From Selaginella moellendorffii (Eukaryota; Plantae; Lycopodiophyta), in NCBI RefSeq assembly GCF_000143415.4, contig NW_003314371.1, positions 47,833-87,208 on the forward strand: DNA of 39,376 nt, written 5' to 3'. This document shows positions 25,451-34,774 of this stretch, one piece after another (the stretch's first letter is position 1; each line of letters begins with the position of its first letter). The position numbers and the translations under genes are program-made. The notes beneath the pieces are model-generated. The model saw only the letters and a program-made list of their open reading frames with translations, did no database searches and was not told the origin of the DNA.

Positions 25451-27029
25451 GTTGGAATAGTAACAAGTACTATTATCTGCGACGATTTTTGCTGCCTCTT
25501 CTTGCTCTTTCTGCTCTTTGCGGCTCTTCTTTTTGGTGGGTGTAGTGTTCGAACCCGAGGCAATGGCATCACCGAGTAGCTTCTTTTTTGGAGCAGCAGA
25601 GTCGGACGTCGGCTTGAGCTTAACCACCCTTTTCTGCTTCGGGGTAGTTTCCAGATCGACCCCCTTCCCCTTCGCTTCGCAAACTGGAGGCACTCTCAAC
25701 AGCTCAATGTTGGAATATAGTTTTTGAACATCGCCGTAGGTGAGGTCCGTGGATTCCATGTGATCTTCATAGACCCGCAGCGTCTTTGAAATTCTGGGCC
25801 TCCTGGACAACCTCTCCCTAGCTCCCTCTAGGAATTCCTCATAGCCGCTGCCCCCCTCCGGGAAGCCGCTAGGATGTGCAAGGTGGATCTTGAAGGCGGA
25901 CGCTGTCTCTACCACAAGTGCCAGTCCATATTCTTGCATGGAACTGCATGGAGTGTCTGTCACTTGGATGAGGATCCCCATGCATTCTTTTCTCCCACCA
26001 TCTGTGTTGTACAGCATCAGATCCTCGCCTTCCATCCCGAAAGTCCAATTGGTGAGCTCCTCCCCCTTCTCTGCATCCACATTGACAGTGGCTGGAAGAA
26101 GAACGCAATTCCTCTCCTGTTCAAAAATGCACAACAATTAGAGCTGACAGATGAAAAGCTAGCAGCTGGAAATAACGTGAGGCCACACGCCATTCACCAC
26201 TGCATCAGATGTCTTGAGGCTGCATCCTAAGATGGCGTGAGGCTACACGCCATCTGTAACCGGACTGCACTCGAGAGCCCAATCGGTGCATGCCAATGTT
26301 GCTACTGAATGGCATGTGGCCTCATGCCATTTTCTACTTGGTCTAAAAGACTTACCATTTGAAGCCGAATGGAGGCCGTGACAATCGAGGCCGGACTCGC
26401 TGGCGAATGTGCACTGTGTGTGCAGCGGATCGTAGCAGCAAGGCTACTCTGCCACTTACAGTTGGAGAGTGGTGCTGAAATCTCCTGGGACGCCAAGTGG
26501 GCTGCGTGTGGGTGGTGGAGTGGGCGGCGGAGTTGGCGGCGAAGTTACAAACTGGGTGTGTCTTGAAGTGGACGCCGATGCACACGAGCGCGATGCGAGT
26601 GCGAGTGTGATGCAAGCGCGAGTGGACGCCGATGCACACGAGAAACCTGTAGAGAAGTGAGCGTGATCGCGAGTGGGAGCGCGAGTGTGATGCGAGCGTG
26701 AGCGCGAGTACAAAGCAAAATGCAAAACCTAACCTCACACGCGCGAAATGTCACAACGGTTGGTAATCCCGCCACGTCATCATTCCTCGGACTTGGGCGC
26801 CACCATTAATTTCTGGATTGCCGCGCGCATGCAAGCACGCAAAATCCAAAAGAAATCCGCAACGTCATCATTCCTCGGACTGCATGCACGCGAAATCCAA
26901 AAGAAAGATCATGATTGGGATATCATTTAATACCCTCGCTATATTTATACCATGCATGATTGGATATTCCAAAGCATCTTGTATTTCCAAAAATGGCAGA
27001 TGTTCAGCTAAATAAAGAAATTCTATCTG

Positions 27030-28420
27030 TTTCTATTTTTCTCTCAAATCAATATTATAGCGTGTGGGCTCATGCAATTTTGAACCAAAGAAACCCAAAA
27101 AACGTTGGACCCAAAATATTTTGAAAAAACCCAAAAAACCCTAAACATTTTAAACCCAAAAATCCAGGCGTCCTGTGGCGTTATTCCTTGAATGGCGTGT
27201 GGGCGCATGCCATTTTCAGGGCCAAATGCTGAATGGAGAAAAATTCCCTTTCAGTGCAAATGCTGCAAGAGGCAGATGCTGAGCACAAAGGACTGTAACT
27301 ACCTCACATGACACAGATAAACTTTTCTCTATTTGGCAAAGATAAACTTTATAGTGTGTGGGCTCATGCAATTTTGAACCCAAAAAATGCACCAAAAAAT
27401 TCTCGGCGTCATCTGGCATTATCTCTTGAATGGCGTGGGGCCGCATGCCATTTTCAGGGGCACATAGGAGTATATTCCTAGGATATTCTGACACGCGCGA
27501 GATTTTTTTGAGTTTTCTGGAGATCCAACCGTTAGATCGCAACTAGATTTTATAGAATGGTATACAATGTCTTTCTTGATGACCCTGCAAAGAAGCATCT
27601 CGATCGGACACCACATGAGACCACACGAGCCTTACAATGTTTCAGGGGCATTTGCCATAGATCCGACCGTTATTTTGCTCCAAGATTTTACAGTTTGGTG
27701 TGCATTGACCTTTCGATCGAAACTGCAAAGGGACATCACAATCAGATGCGGGATCACAAGAAACTAACTTCACTAACTCTGGTTTCACCAAGATCTACGT
27801 AAGGAGTTATGAAATGAAAGGACCCTCTCTATTGAAATGTGTTTATGGTCCTAGGGGCATTGTGACATATCAAAGGATTTTGCATCAAGTTCTGTATTTG
27901 CATGTTTATCAAGCTACTGAATTGCTAAACCCTAAACCCTAAACCCTAAACATGTGGCAAATGCTGCGTGAAGAAAGATGCCCTTTCTGGGCAAATGCTG
28001 TAAGAGGCAGATGCCGAGCAGATGTATCTCAGGCTAGTGAAGGGGACGAACGAAAGCTAGCTATAAACATGACGGGATGCAAATAGATTACTAGGCTGGT
28101 CCTACGAAAATCAAAAACCATAATTGAAAACATTGAAAATGCAAAAAGAAAAGTTTATAATATTTTTGAATTTTAGGCAACCAAAGGAATGTAAGTAGGG
28201 CATGTGTTTGTAAGTTTAAAAATGCCTCAACCACTTAAATTCCCAAGTAAATAAAGCTGTTTCTATTTTTGGTACAGGTAAACTTTATAGCGTGTGGGCT
28301 CATGCAATTTTGAACCCAAAAATGCACCAAAAAATGCTCGACTAGCATTATTCTTTGAATGGCGTGTGGTCTTATGTCGAGCATTATTCTTTGAATGGCG
28401 TGTGGCCTTATATTGCCATA
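27030..28420. repeat. Three dispersed copies of a ~130-180 bp module, each carrying 2-3 palindromes, in the divergent intergenic region
   Basis: ttctattt...tatag(c/t)gtgtgggctcatgcaattttgaacc...attc..tgaatggcgtg at ~27031, ~27325 and ~28261. Confidence 0.8.
27925..27951 (+). repeat. Plant telomere-type repeat / telobox cluster, (CCCTAAA) about 4 copies
   Basis: ctaaaccctaaaccctaaaccctaaac. Confidence 0.85.
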
Positions 28421-29281
28421 AATGGACGTACACACACAGCGTAATTATTCCTTTACACGGCGAATAATCTTGGCGCGGATCGCTGACATGGCATGGCAAA
28501 GTTCGAATCACTGACATGGCACAGCTGGATCGAGGCAAGGACATGATGTGACAAAGTTCAACCTCCGACAGCAAAGTCTAGAAGCTACTCAGTTTGAAAT
28601 TTGTCAGAGGAATCATAAGATCTGGTTTGTCAGAGGATTTGATGTGACGTTCAAGCGTGTGTTATTTTTGAATTCTCGAACTCATTCCTAGGTCTATCAT
28701 TTTTGTGCGCCGTGTTCTTGGTTCCGCTGAGCGCAGTGAGCGCTGCTTGTGTAAGCGGCGTTGTGGGCTGTGGTTTATGCGTCTACGAGCGGTTGCGGCA
28801 TTGCGAGCGCCATTGCGAGCGGCAGTTTATGCGAGTGGCAGTTTGTGCGAGCGGCGCTACGAGCAGTTGCGGTGTTGCGAGCGGCGCTACGAGTAGTTGC
28901 GGTGTTGCGAGCGGCACTGTCTTTGGTGTGGCTACCGCTTCCTCTTGATATTCGGCACTTGTGCTTCCTGGTATGTTTACCATGGAATGGCTTAGGACCA
29001 CATTTAGAAATGGCATGAGGCCACATGCCATCTTGGGCCCTTGCAATTTCATGGCTAGCGTATTGTCATGTATGTTTTTACTTGCCTGCAGCTGTGTGTA
29101 TATCAAGATGGCATGAGGCCTCATGCCAATTTTGTGAATGCGAAATTTCACGTGGGTGTCAATAGCATGTTTGAATAATGGCATGTGGCCTCATGCTATT
29201 GAGGTTGTTTGGTATGTTATGATTTAGGCCATTCTCCAATCATTTTTTGTATGGTCTTAACTTCTTTTCTGCACTTTCAGA

Positions 29282-32200
29282 ATGGCCTTCAGGGTTGGGG
29301 AAAAGGTTTACATTTTGAATGGTGGGAAGAGAGTTGCAAAAGGGACCCTTGTGTCTATGGATCGGAACTTTGTTATACACTGTGAAAGGCTTGGGGAATG
29401 CAATGCTGCTGTATCAGTAGAGACTGTCTTCGATGGGAATGTGGTCGCTATTGAACGAGGAGAGATGGTCGTCGGGGTAAATGTTGTTGTTGCCTTGAAA
29501 AATCTTCAGAAGAAAGCAGATGTTGGGGACAGCGCAAGTGCGACGCATGTTCCCTCTGTGGATCTTAAGAACCGTGCTACATGGATTCAGGCAAAAGTGT
29601 TTCTAAACAACCCCGAGGGGGAGGTGGTAGCTGAGGGCTTAGCCACAGTTGTCGATCCAAGAGATGCGGTTGCTAATCAAGAATTGGGCTGGGATGATAT
29701 TGGAGTTGCGATTTTAGAGGTTGTTGACACAGAAGAAAACAGTCTGACTATTGGAAGCATTGTGCGGTGGAAATTGAGGCACTTAGTGTTTGAGAATGTG
29801 AAGGATTCACAATCAAACACCACTACAACTGATGACAGAACATCTCTTCATGGGAAAAGAAAGTACACCTTCCTAAAGCGCAGCCAAAGGGATCTGAGCA
29901 ACAAACCGAAAAGGCAGAAAATGGCGATGGAGGTTCGAATGGTCTCGACAGTTGCTTGTTGCAAGAGGAGGTGCTGTCAACATGCTGATTGGGATGCTAT
30001 TGAAGAGGAGAGAGCAAGATACAAGACATTGTCCTGGAAGGTAGCTCGCAATTTTGTGTATGAGGCATTACGGTCATCTGTTGATGCTTCAGAACATCAG
30101 GTGGGGGGCATGGTCTTCCAAAGGGGTTTGGTCTGCATGAAGGCATGGAGAATCATTTATGGAGTCCCTCGAACCACATTCTACAGAATCAAAACTAAGT
30201 TCGAGGAACAAAGGGTTCAACAGGCAGTCCATGGGAACGACGGTACTCACAAAACCAGGGGTCATGTTGTATATGGAGAGGCAATCTTCAAGAGGTTTGT
30301 CGAGACATGTAGCGAGCAGCAACCACATGGAAGATGGAACCCGCCTCTTGGAAGATGGAACACGAGACACCCAACGAGTTCTCCCTTCCATGTATACCAA
30401 GGGGGCCATATTGGAAGATGTGAATCGGGAACTCTAGAGTAATGGCTACAGGAAGCTGAGCCAATCTAGATTTAGTAGATTGTGGAGCAACAGGTTCAGG
30501 GATGTGAGTATAGGAAAGTACTCCAGCTTTTCAAAGTGTGACGAGTGCACTGCTATCAAAATGGCTTTGTCGAAGAATTCTTGCAGCGCTCAAGAGCGAG
30601 AGACGTTGGTTAGAAGGCGGCTCGACCACAACATCGAGCAGAGAAGCTGCAGGACTGCATATTATCATAACAGGATTCTCTCCATGGAGAGACCTGACTC
30701 TTACCTCTGCATCATCCACGACAAAATGGACCAGAAAAAGACATGCTTACCTCGACTCAATCCTGCCCCCAAGGCAATCTCTTCATCCATGCAGCTGCCT
30801 GTGTCTCTGTTTGGCATAATCGCTCATGGGCATGGTGCCCAGAACTATGGGAACTTCTTTGTACCTCTATGGGGTGGCGGGGGTGCAAACATGATGATTG
30901 CGTCCCTAGCAAAACACTTAAGGTCTCTGCAAAGTGCGCAGACTGAGCTGAATGGCCAACCCTTGCATAAAGCCCTTGTCGATCGAACCCCATACAGGGT
31001 TCAGCTGGAGGAGGAGCAAAGGCTTGCAGTATCGTGTGGGGCCCCATGCCATCCCAGTGAATATGTTGGCCGTCAGATTGTAGGGTTATCACGTGAGGCC
31101 TCATGCCATTCCGACGAGGCTGGTCGCCCGGTGAATGCACAGCCTCATCCAAACGAAGCAGAATCTCAAGGAAGTTCTTGCGGCCGATGTGGCCTTCCAC
31201 CCCATCTTCTGCTCCAAACAGACAATGCTGGCAGTGAGAACAAAAACATGTACGTCTTCGCGTACTTGGCGATGCTTGTTGCCAAAGGCATATTTGAAAC
31301 GGTTACACTTGGCTTTCTCATGGTTGGGCACACTCATGAAGACGTCGATGCCATGTTCAGTCACCTGGCAGAGTCCCTCCGGCGATCCAATGTCCTCACC
31401 CTCCCACAACTCTACGATGAATTCCAAAATTGCATCAAAGGCACTGTTGAAGCTGCACTTCTGACAGAGGTTCCAGACTTTAAGGGGTTTGTAAGAGGCT
31501 ACATCAGGGATGGATCCGAAACGCTGATTGGCCACTCCAAGCCTCTTCAGTTTCATTTCAGCATGTGTGACGGTGCTCCAGTGATGAGGTACAAGATGAG
31601 AGAATGGGACACAGTGTGGCTGCCAGTGGACGGCATTGAACTCTTCAAGAGAGATCCCATAACTGGGGAACCTATGATTCCTCAGGGTTCCCCACGGCCG
31701 ATGCACCCGGATGGACTCAAAGACTAGGAAAGTATAGTGGCCGGGATTAGACAGCATATTGCCTTCTGGAAGAGGGGGTTGGTGTTTGGTGGAGAATCCT
31801 ATTTTCAGAGGTGCAAGCCTTTGCTCGAATACTGGGAGAAGATTATATCTGCTATCCAAAATGGGCCAGTTGTATATGAAGAATTGGAAGAGTCCTTTTG
31901 GCCAGAACCCAGAGCACCAGATAGTAGCGGAACAATGTCCTCTGGAAATGCAGTGACAGATAACGATGTTGAGGATCACTATTGTGGGCCGAGGAACAAG
32001 AAGCCGGATTCAGCATTCAATCCAGTACAGGTCTGCAAAGGAATGGTCGTGCTTGTCAGACCCAGTAATAAAAAACAAATGATATGGGTGGGGCGCTGCA
32101 TCACTGATGCAGAGGAGGACGCGGAAACTAACTCCTTCAATGTAACTGTGGAGTGGTTCAAGCCAAGTTCCGGATATACGAAGGATTGCCTAGAAAAGAG

Positions 32201-32430
32201 ATGGGTGCTGAATCCAAGGGATCCCAGCATGAGCATATCGGTGGGTAATGTTGTGCATGGTTGGATGCGGAAGCAGAGTGCCACCATCACCTTGCCAGAC
32301 CATGCAAGAGATGCAGCAAGAGCATTCATAACTCGGGTTCAAGGTGAGATTCATTAATATTCCTTTACAAAGTTTCTAATGTATTTTATTTCAAGGTGAA
32401 CAATCCGAATCTGAATCAGAGGAGGCTTGA
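29282..32430 (+). pseudogene. Sola/DUF7869-like transposase (~1029 aa reconstructed), disrupted
   Basis: Motifs CCKRRC, FSKCDEC, IIHDKMDQ, LQTDNAGSENKN and FLMVGHTHEDVD. A 7-bp insertion near 30330 shifts the frame; in-frame TAGs at 30435-30437 and 31725-31727; last intron 32344-32395; probable 5'UTR intron 28971-29280. Confidence 0.85.
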
Positions 32431-32646
32431 TATAGTGTGTGAGGTAAAACAAAGATGATGTGACATATGCATTTACCAATCACACGTGCATAAATCTAAT
32501 AATATGGCGTGTGGCCCATATTAATGGCACATAAACCCATATTGTGGGCTTACGTGCTTTATGTACCATCATTCCCTTGCAGCGTGTGTGTTGGTTTCCT
32601 TTTATAACACAACGAACTCCATATTTTAGGGTGAAGAGCGTTCTCA

Positions 32647-32903
32647 TGGCAAGCACAAAATCTGTAAGTGAGGCAGAAAAGGAGACGGAGAAGGAGATAG
32701 GTGAAGATGTAGAATATATAAGTCTTCCAAACTCCCCGTACTATACTCCAGGTGATCATTTTTCTGAACAAACGGCAACATTAACAACTATCGAGAACGC
32801 CCCAGTAACGTCAGAGACAACAATCCAAAGCAAAACAACTGACCCGGAGAAGGATGATAGTACCGCTGAGAGTACCAAAAAGGAGGTGTCCACTAGCGCT
32901 TAG
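32647..32903 (+). CDS. Possible short acidic/Thr-rich ORF inside the transposon
   Basis: ATG-initiated ~85 aa ORF (MASTKSVSEAEKE...) with protein-like low-complexity composition; no recognisable domain. Start coordinate approximate. Confidence 0.25.
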
Positions 32904-33539
32904 GCTTATAATGGCGTGTGCCCTCATGCCATTTACTTGATCACCAAATACCTTTTTCCCTTTGCACTAGTATATCTTAATACCGGTCTGAGAAATAGAA
33001 TGGCATGTGCCCTCAGGCCTTTTACTAAATCACCTTTGAAAGAAATGCAAGCCTCTATGTCGTAAAAAAAAGGTACTAGAGAAATTCCTTAATAATATGA
33101 ATGTTATTTAGTTTCATGAAAATACACTAAGGGTCAAATGAGTTAAATGACTTCTCCAGACTAGCAATGCCTCTTGCTACACCTTCACAATTAGATTCGT
33201 TAGAAAAAGATAACATTGAATAATATCTAAATGTTCTCACCATTAAGTTATATGTCTGGCTAATAGGAATGATGTTCATCTTGGAAAGCTCACCACACGC
33301 TCAATGAACAAACAAATAGTGTGTGCGCGCATGCCATCGCTCTTCTTTAGCTTCAGATTCGGCTTGTTCACCTTGACAATGAGATTTATTATACAACTAG
33401 ATGGACTCAGTCTGGACATAAGGTCACCGCGCTAGTCACCATGCCCCAGATATGTCTAGCCCCTGGACAAAAAACATATAATTTCACGTCATTTTCAAAT
33501 ACTTGAAAATTTGTACCTAGTCCCATTTTACTGAATAAA

Positions 33540-33563
33540 TCCCACTTTAACGAAATAGAGCTT
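33540..33563 (-). repeat. Right TIR
   Basis: tcccactttaacgaaatagagctt followed by TSD AAAA. Confidence 0.95.
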
Positions 33564-33567
33564 AAAA

Positions 33568-34715
33568 TGTAAGGAACCAACTCGCCGAGGTGTCGTAGGC
33601 TAAGGGAACCCCGAAAGCATGACCAAAATGACAAAGAGTTCATCGGATGGGACCAAGTCAAAGATCGAGTCCAAGACCGACTCTAGGACCGAGTTCGAGA
33701 TAGAGTCCGGAATCGAGTCCAAGACCGACTCGGGGACCGAGTTCGAGTCCGAGTTCGAGACCGAGTTCGAGACGGAGTCCGAGATCCGAAATCGGGTCCG
33801 AGACCGAGTCCGAAGTCGAGTCCGAGGTCGGGCCCGAGATCGGGTCCGAGATCGAGTCCGCGATCGAGTCCGAGACCGAATCCGAAATCGGATCCGAAAT
33901 CGGATCCGAGATCGAGCCAGAGACTAAGTCCAAATACTAATACGGGTCAAGGGGTGAAAGCCCAAAGCGTGCGTCCCCCAGGGGGGGGGGGCTGCAGGGG
34001 GTTCCAAAAGTATAGTAGGGATAGTGAGGTCCAGGAACCAGTTTAGAAGGGACTCTCCAGTGGGGCTCCCAAACTGACTTGAGGTTGGGACTGGGACCGA
34101 GGGGCCTTGGGTGGGAGTGAGCATGGACTTGGTTGGTGCCGGAGGGGCCATCCAAGGAAGTGCTCAAGAGCAGCTCCCACTCCCGAAAGGGAAACCGATT
34201 GCGGTGCTCCCGGCTCATGTGGAGTGGTGCCCCACTTGAGTACCATGCGGCTCATTGGTCCTCGCCCTTCCTAGGGGCTTGGGCCTTCCTTCGGGATGGA
34301 AGTGGGGGGCGAGAGGTACCCATGCCGGGCCGTTAGGCCACGGTGTTTCGCCCCGGCGTCCCGAAGCAAGTGTTGCACTCAAGACTTGGGATTTAGAGGG
34401 TCCCATGATCAAGTCTTGTGGTACCAAGGGATGTTAGGAACCTGGAAGCTTGGTGTGCTTGGCTGCTTGTGCTTGCGGGGAGTGTAGCCGAACCTTAAGT
34501 CCAGTCTAACCCGGGGAGGGGGATTGGGAGTGATTTGGGAATCCGTGGAAGGATGGCTAACGCTCCATTGCTCGTGCAGTGAGTAGCTGAAACCAAGTAG
34601 GAGCTGGTACCATAGGCGAGAACCTTGGCAAGGGAACTTAGCAAAAGCCAAGGCAATGTTGGACGGATAGACGAGGTAAGCTAGCAAATTGGAAAGGAAA
34701 AATTTGTGGCTTACA
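33568..34715 (+). repeat. 5' LTR (1148 bp)
   Basis: tgtaaggaacc...gtggcttaca; matches the solo LTR at 23793-24940. Confidence 0.95.
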
Positions 34716-34718
34716 ATT

Positions 34719-34730
34719 TGGTATCAGAGC
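34719..34730 (+). promoter_or_regulatory. Primer binding site, tRNA-iMet
   Basis: tggtatcagagc. Confidence 0.95.
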
Positions 34731-34774
34731 CTTTATCTCAGTTCTAGCGAAGGATAGAGGCGGATTGCTGGGAG

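Larger units (their letters stand above)
19512..26358 (-). pseudogene. Multi-exon transposon cargo gene (~1650 aa when reconstructed): ParB/Srx-like, degenerate beta-class amino-MTase-like, basic/acidic/Pro-rich linker, FCP1-like HAD phosphatase; disrupted
   Basis: ATG at 26358-26356. Phase-consistent GT-AG introns at 26355-26117, 23784-23731, 22421-22372, 22296-22241, 22168-22120, 21887-21841, 21273-21217, 21201-21153, 21044-20998 and 20421-20375; stop at 19512. Disrupted by in-frame TAGs (25189-25187, 23061-23059) and a solo LTR. Continuity across the 21965-22064 gap is inferred. Confidence 0.8.
19175..33337. repeat. Dispersed 22-bp palindrome, consensus ATGGCRTGWGGCCWCAYGCCAT, ~27 copies
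   Basis: Copies start at about 19175, 19456, 20533, 20608, 21850, 22129, 22270, 23742, 26172, 26232, 26309, 27057, 27192, 27351, 27430, 28287, 28359, 28395, 29010, 29108, 29178, 31031, 31088, 32504, 32911, 33000 and 33316. Confidence 0.9.
19081..33563 (+). mobile_element. 14.5-kb cut-and-paste DNA transposon, Sola-like (DUF7869-type transposase), with cargo gene
   Basis: Perfect 24-bp TIRs aagctctatttcgttaaagtggga (19081-19104, reverse complement at 33540-33563); 4-bp TSD AAAA (19077-19080, 33564-33567); internal DD(D/E) transposase. The superfamily assignment is less certain than the element boundaries. Confidence 0.9.

Noticed and set aside
27925-27951. True telomere or chromosome fusion site
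   Set aside because: Only about 4 units, internal to a transposon.
19175-33337. Palindromic repeats as a CRISPR array or bacterial REP elements
   Set aside because: Irregular spacing, degenerate copies, location within spliceosomal introns and exons, no cas genes, and eukaryotic context.
23793-34715. Inverted 1148-bp repeats as giant TIRs or DIRS-type ITRs of a transposase-containing element
   Set aside because: The left copy has its own CCAGG TSD and interrupts an exon. The right copy is followed by PBS and gag-pol. The true TIRs are at 19081 and 33563.
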